Part shown: positions 27,633 to 36,204 of the stretch, in pieces
Position numbering within the stretch: position 1 is the first letter of the stretch
How the letters are laid out: the number at the start of each line of letters is the position of its first letter
Assembly (NCBI GenBank): GCA_017852795.1
Contig: JAFMKU010000003.1
Span: forward strand, 13,731 to 73,985
Reading direction: 5' to 3'
Source of the DNA: Candidatus Neomicrothrix sp.
Lineage (GTDB): Bacteria > Actinomycetota > Acidimicrobiia > Acidimicrobiales > Aldehydirespiratoraceae
DNA: 60,255 bases
The notes under the pieces: model-generated
The model's database searches: none
Told to the model about the DNA's origin: nothing
What the model saw: only the letters and a program-made list of their open reading frames with translations
Position numbers and translations under genes: made by a program

Positions 27633-28820
27633 CTAGCGGCGACTACGGGGACCGATCTGTCGAATCGAGGTCGCCACCGGTCGGTCACCGAGGATTCGAT
27701 GGCAGCTCAACATGGTGGTCAAGGCCAACGCCGAACAGAAACCGAAAGCCACCGACCGGTTGATCACGTCCGAGATCGCGCCGATCAGCGGACCGCCGAT
27801 ACCAAACGCCAGGTCGAAGAACATTGACAGGGTGCTGATGGCATGGCTTCGTTCGGCGTCGGGGGCCTGGTCAACGACCAGCGCAAACAAGGCAGGGAAC
27901 AAAAACGACTGGGCGACTGCGAGCACGGCGGCGCCGATATAGACCCCCGCTGGCTGATCCCAGACGGCTAACACGGCAAGACCAATGAACCCGGCCCCGA
28001 GCGAAATCCGGCTGGTGGTGACCGGACCGAACCGGTCGGGGAGTTTGGCTGCGACCACCCGCAAAAAGATGACGACCACCGCGAACACCGTGAACACGGT
28101 TCCGGTGTTGTCGATCCCAACCGACCGGGCGTGGAGGGCAACGAACGCAAGGAAACCGCTGTACCCCAACAGTCCAAGGAACAGCACCAGCCCGGGCCGG
28201 AGTGCGCTGCGGTGCAGCAGGTGACGGGTTTCGGGTCGAGGTGGGGCCACCTCGGGTCGTCCAGGTGCGAACATTCCGCTGAACGCCGCAGCGATCGCCA
28301 ACAACCCGGCCACCAGCCAGGCGGTTGAGGTGCTGGTGGCACCCGCCAACCATTCACCGAACGGGGGGCCGAGAAACAGCGATGAATAGATGGCCAACGA
28401 AAAGTAGCTGGCTGCTTCACCCCGTCGTTCGTCGCTGGCTAGGTCTTGAGCGGCGCTGGCCGCACCGACAAACACCGCGGCCTCACCGAGACCGGCGAGG
28501 GCACGAAAGCTGACCACCATCGGAATGCTGGTGGCAAACGCGGTGAGCACGGTGGCGAGCCCGGCGGTGGTGGCCCCCACTGCGATCAGGCGCCGACGAC
28601 CTTGACGGTCACCCAACGGGCCGATCAACGGCCGCACGCAGGCGGCCGCTAACCCGAACGAACTCACCGCGATCCCGACCTGCGTGTTGGTGCCGCCGAG
28701 TTCGCCTTCCACAAAGAGCGGAAGCACCGACAGGGTCATGTTGAGCCCGAGGAAGTACAGGGTTACTCCGAGGCACAGCGAAACGAACCGGGGTGTGAGC
28801 AGGGCAGGGGTGGTGTTCAC
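27633..28820 (-). CDS. MFS transporter
   Basis: 12-TM-like hydrophobic profile with the MFS loop motif GPLGDRQGRRR. GTG 28820 forms a GTGA overlap with the gluQ stop. The alternative GTG 28856 would overlap gluQ by 40 nt. Confidence 0.8.
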   Translation of the reverse strand: MNTTPALLTPRFVSLCLGVTLYFLGLNMTLSVLPLFVEGELGGTNTQVGIAVSSFGLAAACVRPLIGPLGDRQGRRRLIAVGATTAGLATVLTAFATSIPMVVSFRALAGLGEAAVFVGAASAAQDLASDERRGEAASYFSLAIYSSLFLGPPFGEWLAGATSTSTAWLVAGLLAIAAAFSGMFAPGRPEVAPPRPETRHLLHRSALRPGLVLFLGLLGYSGFLAFVALHARSVGIDNTGTVFTVFAVVVIFLRVVAAKLPDRFGPVTTSRISLGAGFIGLAVLAVWDQPAGVYIGAAVLAVAQSFLFPALFALVVDQAPDAERSHAISTLSMFFDLAFGIGGPLIGAISDVINRSVAFGFCSALALTTMLSCHRILGDRPVATSIRQIGPRSRR

Positions 28821-29734
28821 CAACAGGACTCGATTTGGGTCGGGGACATCGTCCACGGGGACCGGCTGATCAGACTCGGATCGAAGGTTTCAAGCAAATC
28901 GGCCGGGCGAACCTCGCGATCAGGTGGTTGCAGCCCGAGGCTTGCCGCCAGCACCGACACCACCCGTTCGGGACGGTCACCGAGTGCGATTCGGTCCTCC
29001 AGCGTGACCGCACCGTCGCGTTTAGCGAGTCGTTCACCGGTCGGTGAAAGCACCAACGGGACGTGAGCCCAGATCGGTTCGGGATATCCGAGAAGCTGTT
29101 GAAGGTAAGCCTGACGGGGGGTGGTTGAGAGCAGATCGTCGCCACGCACCACTTCCTCGATGCCCTGCGCGGCGTCGTCAACGACGACGGCGAGGTTGTA
29201 GGCCGGGGTGCCGTCGGCCCGTTCGAGGACGAGATCGTCGATCGTTTCCCGGTGAGGTCCGGTGAGACGATCAACGATTTCGAACGACTCACCGCCGGTT
29301 GCGAGGCGAACCGCAGCGGGTCGACCAGAGGCCTGCTGTTTCTGGCGGTCCTCGTCGGTAAGCAAACGGCAGGTACCGGGGTAATGCCCGGTGGGGTGGT
29401 GGGGGGCCTGCGCTGCTTCGCGAATCTCACGGCGGGTACACCAGCAGAGATAGCTCAAGTCGCGTGCTCGAAGTTCTTGGACGACAGTGCGGTAGCGGTC
29501 GAGGTGTTCGGATTGCCGCATCGGTTCGCCGTCCCAGTCAAGACCGAACAGTTCCAGCTCCCGCAGTTGGCGGGTTTCGTGGTCGCGGCTGGTCACGATC
29601 GGATCCAGATCTTCAAAGCGGAGAACGAACTCGCTTCCGGCGGCACGGGCGAACAGCCAGGCCGCCAACGCGGTGCGGAGGTTGCCGAGATGAAGGGGCC
29701 CCGTCGGGCTGGGGGCGAAGCGTCCACGGCTCAC
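28817..29734 (-). CDS. gluQ: Glutamyl-Q tRNA(Asp) synthetase (truncated GluRS paralogue)
   Basis: Class-I HIGH region RFAPSPTGPLHLGNLRTAL. Only about 305 aa, so it lacks an anticodon-binding domain. Confidence 0.85.
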   Translation of the reverse strand: MSRGRFAPSPTGPLHLGNLRTALAAWLFARAAGSEFVLRFEDLDPIVTSRDHETRQLRELELFGLDWDGEPMRQSEHLDRYRTVVQELRARDLSYLCWCTRREIREAAQAPHHPTGHYPGTCRLLTDEDRQKQQASGRPAAVRLATGGESFEIVDRLTGPHRETIDDLVLERADGTPAYNLAVVVDDAAQGIEEVVRGDDLLSTTPRQAYLQQLLGYPEPIWAHVPLVLSPTGERLAKRDGAVTLEDRIALGDRPERVVSVLAASLGLQPPDREVRPADLLETFDPSLISRSPWTMSPTQIESCW

Positions 29735-29841
29735 GAACTGATCCTTTCACGATGCCGGGTTCGGGTGGCTGAGGGTGCCGGGGCCGGGTTGTCGGGTGGG
29801 CGGTGTGGTGACCCCCCGGGTTGACGTGGCAGACTCGTGCC

Positions 29842-30564
29842 ATGCAGTTGCGCGGGCACGACGATAATCACATGGTTCACCATCATCGAGACGTTCAGGG
29901 CGGCAACGCCAGAGCTGCGGTATTTGGCATCAGCGATGGACTGGTGAGCAACGTCGCCCTCATCTTGGGGATCGCCGGGGCGTCACCGGATGCGTCGCTG
30001 GTTCGCCTCACCGGGATCTCTGGCCTCTTGGCCGGGGCGATCTCGATGGCGGCAGGCGAGTGGGTGAGCGTACGGGCCCAAAACGAGTTGATCGAACGCG
30101 AGTTGGAGATCGAACGACGGTCACTTCGCGACAACCCAGAAGCAGAAACGAAAGAACTTGCTGCGATCTACCGCAATCGAGGGTTGGACGCCGAACAAGC
30201 TGAGCAGGTAGCGGCCGGGGTGATGTCAGACCCGGAGGTTGCGCTCGATGTTCACGCCCGCGAAGAACTCGGGATCAACCCGGGTGGGGTTGGTTCACCG
30301 ATCCAAGCCGCGTTGGCTTCGTTCTTTGCCTTTGCGCTGGGTGCCGTAGTTCCGTTGTTGCCCTGGTTCTTTGCCAGTGGCAACACTGCGGTTTTGTCCT
30401 CCATCGTGATCGGGGGCACCGCGGCGGCGGCTGTTGGGGTGCTGGTTGGGGTCTTTACCGAACGAAGCCGAGTGGCAACCGCAGCCCGCCAAGTGCTGGT
30501 TGCCGCGTTCGCGTGTGGCGCCACGTATCTGATCGGCAGCCTCGTCGGGGTGTCGGTCGCCTAA
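29842..30564 (+). CDS. VIT1/CCC1-family Fe/Mn transporter
   Basis: FGISDGLVSNVALILG motif and a C-terminal TM bundle. Start is ATG 29842 or TTG 29821. Confidence 0.8.
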   Translation: MQLRGHDDNHMVHHHRDVQGGNARAAVFGISDGLVSNVALILGIAGASPDASLVRLTGISGLLAGAISMAAGEWVSVRAQNELIERELEIERRSLRDNPEAETKELAAIYRNRGLDAEQAEQVAAGVMSDPEVALDVHAREELGINPGGVGSPIQAALASFFAFALGAVVPLLPWFFASGNTAVLSSIVIGGTAAAAVGVLVGVFTERSRVATAARQVLVAAFACGATYLIGSLVGVSVA

Positions 30565-30599
30565 GCCGCGACCGCTCGCACCAGCGGCGCCGGGTTGCC

Positions 30600-31322
30600 C
30601 TAGGCGTTGGTGATGGCAGTGGCGACGGCACGGACCGCGTCAGCCACCGATTCGGGATGTGAGCGCATAACGAAATGGCGGGCCCCGTCCACTGTGGTTC
30701 GGGTGGCGTGAGGAAGTTTGCGTTCGAGATAGTCGTTGGCTCCGAGGAAGGCACGGTCGTCGGAGCCGATCACTAACGCCAGCGGAAGGGTGAGTTCGCT
30801 GAGCCGATCCATCACCATCGAGTCGTGATGAAACGCGATCGTGGCTGCGGTTTCGCTCACCGAATACGACGGGGCGTTGGCTGCGACCCGGTCGTTCCAG
30901 TCGGCCATGGCATCAGGGTCACGAAATCCGGGGCCGGTAGCCACCAGAACCAGCCCGTCGATGGCGTGGTCGCCGGTGCGGGTCAGCGCGTGTGCCATCC
31001 CCAGGTAGCCACCAAGGCTGTGACCAACCCAGATCACGGGTCGGGTGGGTTGCGTTGACCGCATGTCCTTGATGACCTCGTCGATCGCGGCGAGGACCGG
31101 TTCTCGCTGGTAGTCGTCGGGGTGTTCCCAAACCGGGCTCTGGCCGTGGCCGGGAAGGTCAACCGCCACGCAGTGGCGCTGCTCGGCGACCAACCCGACC
31201 GCCGAATCCCAGAGTTGAAGGTCCGAATCGACGCCATGGACCCAGAGCACGGCGGTGTCGTCGGCGGGTTGCGACGGGCTGTGGGTGGCGGTGTGAAGGG
31301 TGGCGGTCATGATTCTGGTCAC
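30600..31322 (-). CDS. Alpha/beta-fold hydrolase
   Basis: VLWVHG oxyanion region and nucleophile elbow GHSLGG. Start is GTG 31322 or ATG 31310. Confidence 0.75.
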   Translation of the reverse strand: MTRIMTATLHTATHSPSQPADDTAVLWVHGVDSDLQLWDSAVGLVAEQRHCVAVDLPGHGQSPVWEHPDDYQREPVLAAIDEVIKDMRSTQPTRPVIWVGHSLGGYLGMAHALTRTGDHAIDGLVLVATGPGFRDPDAMADWNDRVAANAPSYSVSETAATIAFHHDSMVMDRLSELTLPLALVIGSDDRAFLGANDYLERKLPHATRTTVDGARHFVMRSHPESVADAVRAVATAITNA

Positions 31323-31394
31323 CTGACGTAGCGAGCAAAGACAACAGTGTGTCCGCTAAGGGTAGGCGATCTGAAGTGGCTGGTTGAACGGTTC

Positions 31395-32216
31395 TCAGCG
31401 CCCTTGGAAGCGAGGTGCGCGTTTCTCGCTGAAGGCCTGAACCCCTTCGCGGAAATCGTCACTGTCGTAACAGTCGGCGGCAAGGTTTTGCGCCTGCTGC
31501 AACCGGGCCTCGGCGTCGGGGTCGCCGGTTGCGTGGCTGACGATGGCGTCAATGCTGGCTTTGGCGGCCCGTAACGTTCGGGGGGCTTTAGTGGCGATTC
31601 GCTGAACCAGCGCCGTTACATGGTCGTCGAGATCACCGGCATCCACTACCTGTTCCACCAGCCCAAGGTCGAGGGCTTGGTGAGCGCTGAGCACCTCGGC
31701 GGTGAACAACAGGCGTTTAGCGGTTCCCGGACCGACCAATGCCGCGAGCCGGCGGGTCGCTTCGAGCGGATAGGCGATCCCAAGGTTGGCCGGTGGTACG
31801 GCAAAGCTGGCGTCAGCGGCAGCCACCCGCAGATCGGCATGGAGCGCCAGGGCGATCCCTCCACCGCGGCAGGGGCCATGAATCAAAGCAATTACGGGAA
31901 CCGGGATTTCGGCTAACGCAGTCCAGGCCTGATGCTCGGCCTGGTCGTAGGTGACCGCAGCGCCACCCATGCGCCGAGAACGAAACTCGCTGATGTCGCT
32001 GCCGGCGCAGAACGCCTGATCTCCGGCGCCTCGGAGCACCACGCAGCGGAGATCCTCGGCGACGGACAGTTCGGCACAGGCATCGGGGACGGCTTGGTAC
32101 ATCGCTGCGGTCATGGCGTTGCGACGGTCCGGGTTGTTGATGGTGATGGTGGCGAACGATCCGAATGGTTCGCCATCGATGACCACCGGTTCGATCACGG
32201 TTTCAAGATGGGGCAC
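31395..32216 (-). CDS. Enoyl-CoA hydratase/isomerase (crotonase) family protein
   Basis: VVLRGAGDQAFCAGSDISEF and GPCRGGGIALALHADLRVA crotonase motifs. Confidence 0.85.
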   Translation of the reverse strand: MPHLETVIEPVVIDGEPFGSFATITINNPDRRNAMTAAMYQAVPDACAELSVAEDLRCVVLRGAGDQAFCAGSDISEFRSRRMGGAAVTYDQAEHQAWTALAEIPVPVIALIHGPCRGGGIALALHADLRVAAADASFAVPPANLGIAYPLEATRRLAALVGPGTAKRLLFTAEVLSAHQALDLGLVEQVVDAGDLDDHVTALVQRIATKAPRTLRAAKASIDAIVSHATGDPDAEARLQQAQNLAADCYDSDDFREGVQAFSEKRAPRFQGR

Positions 32217-32234
32217 GGGGCAAGTCTGGCAGCT

Positions 32235-32246
32235 GGAACCGGTTCC
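32235..32246. promoter_or_regulatory. Perfect 12-bp palindrome GGAACCGGTTCC in the 50-nt divergent region between the crotonase and MaoC genes
   Basis: The sequence is self-complementary and is the only extended symmetric element in this short divergent promoter region. Confidence 0.3.
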
Positions 32247-32266
32247 GGTTGGCTAACGTCAAGCGA

Positions 32267-32722
32267 ATGACCACCGTGTTCGACTCTCCAGACGCTCTGC
32301 TGACTGCGGTCGGCCAAGACCTCGGCCATTCCGAATGGGTTGCCATCGACCAGCAACGAATCGATGGGTTCGCTGACTCCACCGGCGATCATCAGTGGAT
32401 CCACGTTGATCCGGTACGCGCCGCGGACGGCCCGTTCGGAGCGACGATCGCGCACGGCTATTTGACGCTGGCCCTCACCAACTACTTCCTGCCCGAAATC
32501 GTGCAGGTCGACAATGTGTCGATGGGGGTGAACTATGGCGTCAACAAGGCCCGGTTCCCGCAGCCCGTCACGGTCGGTTCGCGGGTTCGTGGTTCGGCGG
32601 TGCTGACCTCAGCCGAGGAAATTTCCGGTGGGGTACAGGCCGTGATCACGATCACCGTAGAAATCGAGGGTGCGCAGAAACCGGCGTGTGTGGTGGAGTC
32701 GGTCAGCCGCTTCCTGCGCTGA
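32267..32722 (+). CDS. MaoC-like (R)-specific enoyl-CoA hydratase (hotdog fold)
   Basis: Hydratase-2-like motif FADSTGDHQWIHVD. About 151 aa from ATG 32267 (TTG 32249 possible). Confidence 0.8.
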   Translation: MTTVFDSPDALLTAVGQDLGHSEWVAIDQQRIDGFADSTGDHQWIHVDPVRAADGPFGATIAHGYLTLALTNYFLPEIVQVDNVSMGVNYGVNKARFPQPVTVGSRVRGSAVLTSAEEISGGVQAVITITVEIEGAQKPACVVESVSRFLR

Positions 32723-32765
32723 CCCGACGGCGATGACCTGCGACCAATCCGCCTAGGATAGATAC

Positions 32766-33701
32766 GTGGCTAAACGTAAAAAGCGGCAGCGAACGGTGGG
32801 GCCTTCCCTGCCACCGGTTCGAGCGGGACTGATCAGTCCGACCCGCCGAGTTCCCGCCGACATCGCCCGGCCTCCGTACGCCGAAACCGGGGATCCGGGC
32901 CCTTCGGTGGCGCCGTTGGTGCAGACCCCGGAGAATCTGGCGGCGATGCGCCGCACCGGTGCCGCTGCCGCCGAAATTCTGCTGCGGGTCGCGGAACTGG
33001 TTCGACCGGGGGTAACCACCGACGAACTCGATCGGTTCGTTCACGAGGCGTCAGTTGACGCCGGTGGGTATCCCAGCCCGCTCAACTATCGGGGATACCC
33101 GAAATCGGTATGCACCTCGGTCAACGAAGTGATCTGTCACGGAATCCCCGACTCGCGCCCGTTGGCCGATGGCGACATCATCAACATTGACGTCACGCTG
33201 TACCGAGAAGGTGTCCACGGTGACACTTCGGCAACGTTTTTTGTGGGTGACGTAGATGAGGCGTCGCGTCAGCTTGTGAAAGAAACAGCCCGGGCCCTGC
33301 AACTTGGCATCGACGCGGTGCGTCCCGACGGGCTGGTCAACGAGATCGGGCAGGCGATTGAACGCCACGCCCGCCGCTTCTCGCTAGGCGTGGTTCGCGA
33401 CTTCATCGGCCATGGGGTCGGAACCGAATTTCATTCAAACCTGCAAATCCCGCACTACTACGAGCGACGGTTGACATCTCGACTGGAACGCAACACGACG
33501 TTCACCATCGAACCGATGCTGACCTTGGGAGAACCCGACGCGTTGATGTGGGACGATGACTGGACAGCGGTCACGCTTGACGGGACCCGCACCGCCCAGT
33601 TTGAGCACACACTGGTGGTAGCTGAGAGCGGCGCGGAGCGTTTGACGGTCACCCCGGCCGGAGCCTGCGCGCACGACCTGATGCTCGACCCGGCGGGTTG
33701 A
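32766..33701 (+). CDS. map: Type I methionine aminopeptidase with a basic, Pro-rich N-terminal extension
   Basis: Metal-ligand blocks VICHGIPD, GDIINIDV, HGDTSATF, IGHGVG, FTIEPM, QFEHT. N-terminal MAKRKKRQR...PPVR extension. Confidence 0.9.
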   Translation: MAKRKKRQRTVGPSLPPVRAGLISPTRRVPADIARPPYAETGDPGPSVAPLVQTPENLAAMRRTGAAAAEILLRVAELVRPGVTTDELDRFVHEASVDAGGYPSPLNYRGYPKSVCTSVNEVICHGIPDSRPLADGDIINIDVTLYREGVHGDTSATFFVGDVDEASRQLVKETARALQLGIDAVRPDGLVNEIGQAIERHARRFSLGVVRDFIGHGVGTEFHSNLQIPHYYERRLTSRLERNTTFTIEPMLTLGEPDALMWDDDWTAVTLDGTRTAQFEHTLVVAESGAERLTVTPAGACAHDLMLDPAG

Positions 33702-33749
33702 CCCTGCCGGTGGCGTGACCCTGCCGGTGGCGTGAACTTGCCGGTGCTA
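33699..33749. repeat. 17-bp tandem repeat x3 (third copy degenerate) starting at the map stop codon
   Basis: TGACCCTGCCGGTGGCG, TGACCCTGCCGGTGGCG, TGAACTTGCCGGTGCTA, in the convergent intergenic region. Confidence 0.8.
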
Positions 33750-33760
33750 CCCGGTGAAGG

Positions 33761-35272
33761 TCAACGCAGGCTGGCTTGACCGGGCCGGGGCAGCTCCACC
33801 CAGATTTGGCCCGGGATCACTTTCATCGGGCTGCCGTCACTGGCGAAATAGCTGGTGGTCTCCGACGCCGAACCTCGACTCCAAGTGCCTTCGCTGACCT
33901 GACCATTGGTAAAGATCCAGGCCGTTCCCTGACCAATCGTGACCGCTTCGGGTGAACGCGAATCGGCTTCGGAGGTGGTGTAGTTGATGAACTGCACGAT
34001 CACCGTTGCCGGAGCGATGCGCGTTCCGCTGGCGTCCTTGGTCGCCGAACGGTCCTGGCTACGCTCCCAACCGGACCCGTTCCACTGGTAGCTCACGCTG
34101 GTTTGTCCGTACCGAACATCGACCCCTGCGCTGTCGCTGACCGTTCCCGGCGCCGGCTCGGTCGCTGAACGGAACCCGATGATCGGGCTCGGGGTGCCGG
34201 TCGCGTACCCGCCGGTTTGTGCCACCGACCAGAGGTTTCCGGGGTTGGTGTAGAGATTGTGGGGCGCGGCTCGAGAAGTTCGGAAGTAGAGGTTTCCGTG
34301 GCTGGCCGCACCGATGTCCACCAGCGAAGATTCTGCCAGCAGGCGGCGAGCGGTCCGGTTACCGCCAGAGTTGGCAAACAGCGGTGAGCTGAGTTGGGCC
34401 AGCAGGTCAAAGTCGCTGGTCCGCATCGACCGCACCGGGCCAACTTCGCTGGGGGTCTGCGAATGGAACACGGCCGCGAGGCGGGTCAGCCCACCTTCGA
34501 CTTCCTCGACAAAGACAAGGTCGGCCAGTGCGATACCTGACTGCGGGCGGGCGGGTCCTACGTTGTCGATCTTGACCGCCAGCGCCGGTCGGTTGACGAG
34601 CTGCTCCACCCGAACACCGGTCAGCACGGCCGTGGTCTGCAACGACTTGAGGTAGGTGATGCGGCTGGAAGCCGTGGCGATTTCGTCGGCGATGTCGGCT
34701 CGACGCGCCTCAAACTCGTTGAGTTGCTCGTTTGCCTCGACTTGCAGCAGCTCCACCGCGGTCAACGCGCCGCGGGCTTGGCGGAGCTCATCGCTTATCC
34801 CTCGCAGGAGTTCTTCGATCAGTTCAAGCCGGCTCTGGGCGTCTTCGATCGCCGCCGTGTAAAGCTCTCGGGCTCGAGCTCCTTCGTCTGATCCTTGGAG
34901 CGCCAGGACTTCGTCGATGAGCGCCGACTGACGAGGGTCGCCGTTGGTGAACCCGATGATCGCGATCTGTATCCGGGTTGTCGCTGGTTCGCGCCAGGCA
35001 TGCGCGGTGGATTCGTAGTTGTCGGCGACCAGTTCGATCCGAGCCGACGACACCTGCTTGCGCAGCGCCAGATCGGAGATCTCAGAGCGGCTAGCCGCGA
35101 TTTGCGAATCGAGGACGGCGAGCTGATCGTTGAGCTCACTGCGGCGGGCTTCGAGGTCGGCCAATTCCCGGTCGGCTTGAGCGGGGGCGGGAGACGCAGT
35201 GGCGAGCAGCGTGACCACAACCGCAGAGGTGAGCAGCAGGCCTGTCCGTCGAGCGGACCGCAGAAACCTCAT
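33761..35272 (-). CDS. Secreted protein: signal peptide, about 180-aa coiled-coil region, then a DUF3048 (YerB-like) domain
   Basis: N-terminal signal LLLTSAVVVTLLATASPAPAQA. Heptad-like region ELADLEARRSELNDQLAVLDSQIAASRSEI. DUF3048-like block PALAVKIDNVGPARPQSGIALADLVFVEEVEGGLTRLAAVF. RBS GAGGAAG. Confidence 0.75.
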   Translation of the reverse strand: MRFLRSARRTGLLLTSAVVVTLLATASPAPAQADRELADLEARRSELNDQLAVLDSQIAASRSEISDLALRKQVSSARIELVADNYESTAHAWREPATTRIQIAIIGFTNGDPRQSALIDEVLALQGSDEGARARELYTAAIEDAQSRLELIEELLRGISDELRQARGALTAVELLQVEANEQLNEFEARRADIADEIATASSRITYLKSLQTTAVLTGVRVEQLVNRPALAVKIDNVGPARPQSGIALADLVFVEEVEGGLTRLAAVFHSQTPSEVGPVRSMRTSDFDLLAQLSSPLFANSGGNRTARRLLAESSLVDIGAASHGNLYFRTSRAAPHNLYTNPGNLWSVAQTGGYATGTPSPIIGFRSATEPAPGTVSDSAGVDVRYGQTSVSYQWNGSGWERSQDRSATKDASGTRIAPATVIVQFINYTTSEADSRSPEAVTIGQGTAWIFTNGQVSEGTWSRGSASETTSYFASDGSPMKVIPGQIWVELPRPGQASLR

Positions 35273-35449
35273 CTCGTCAGCTTCCTCATGGCAGAACCGT
35301 CCAGCCTTCCTATCCGCACCGACCGGTACGTCACGTTAGGTACTGGTGCCACGCTAGTCGGGTGGGACCGTCCCGTCGGGTCGTTTCGGTGGTGGTTTCG
35401 GTAGCGAACTTCTCGCCGGGTCGCGGCGGGTCGCGAGTAGGGTCCTTGA

Positions 35450-35944
35450 GTGGCGTTTCAGGTGACCGAAATCGTGTTTGATCGCGACGATGCCGCCGAG
35501 GTGGTGGCGGCGATGCAGAACCTTCACGAGCGCGGCGATGGTCTGGGGTGGGTCAACCTTCAACCCTGCCTATCGGCCGATCAATTCGGGCGGGTTCCGG
35601 AGCGGAGCGGACTCGCGGGCTGGTTCAGTGGTCGAGGTCCGGCGTTGCCGCTCGCCACTTGGACGCCCCCGACGGTTGGTGCTCGCCCGGTGCCGGCTCA
35701 ACTCGGGTTGGCCCACGGGACCGGATCCAACGGGTTGGACCGGCTCGAAACACAAGGGGTCACGCGGCCCTCTGGTTGGGTGAAACGTCAAGACCACGCC
35801 AAGCACGGGATTGTGATGGCGTTGCCGGACAACGTCGACCTGCTTGACGTGGTGGGCTGGATGGTTGCCGCAGTGACCGGTCTCTGCCAGGTGGTGGAAC
35901 CGGGTTCGCTCTGGCAGGCCATGGTCCACCAACCGGCTAACTAG
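35450..35944 (+). CDS. Hypothetical protein, no family recognised
   Basis: 164-aa ORF (GTG start) with balanced composition and mostly G/C at third positions. It is the best of several overlapping frames here. Confidence 0.45.
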   Translation: MAFQVTEIVFDRDDAAEVVAAMQNLHERGDGLGWVNLQPCLSADQFGRVPERSGLAGWFSGRGPALPLATWTPPTVGARPVPAQLGLAHGTGSNGLDRLETQGVTRPSGWVKRQDHAKHGIVMALPDNVDLLDVVGWMVAAVTGLCQVVEPGSLWQAMVHQPAN

Positions 35945-36204
35945 CGTTCGTCGTCGTCAGGTTCGTCGTCAGGTTCGTCGGTGTCCACTGGTTCGTCGCC
36001 TGGGGCGCCGGTGCTGGTCGAGTCCAGTGTCCGCAGCAGCCATCCCTGTTCGCGACGGATCCGAATCGGTCGAAAGCGGCCCCGGTTCTTGTCACTCAAC
36101 GAATCCAGCAGAATCCAGAGCCCGATCACGATCCCCCACACCACCGCAAACGAAAACACCGCACGTTCGTTGGCCAACTGATCGGCGACAAACTCTCGAA
36201 TCAC
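35941..36204 (-). CDS. Small membrane protein with a poly-acidic C-terminal tail
   Basis: 87 aa, one TM (AVFSFAVVWGIVIGLWILL), tail DEPVDTDEPDDEPDDDER. GTGA overlap with the nucleoside hydrolase stop supports translation. Confidence 0.5.
   Translation of the reverse strand: MIREFVADQLANERAVFSFAVVWGIVIGLWILLDSLSDKNRGRFRPIRIRREQGWLLRTLDSTSTGAPGDEPVDTDEPDDEPDDDER

Noticed and set aside
33699-33749. Tandem repeat as a possible CRISPR array
   Set aside because: The units are only 17 bp, directly abutting with no spacers. There are three copies and no cas genes.
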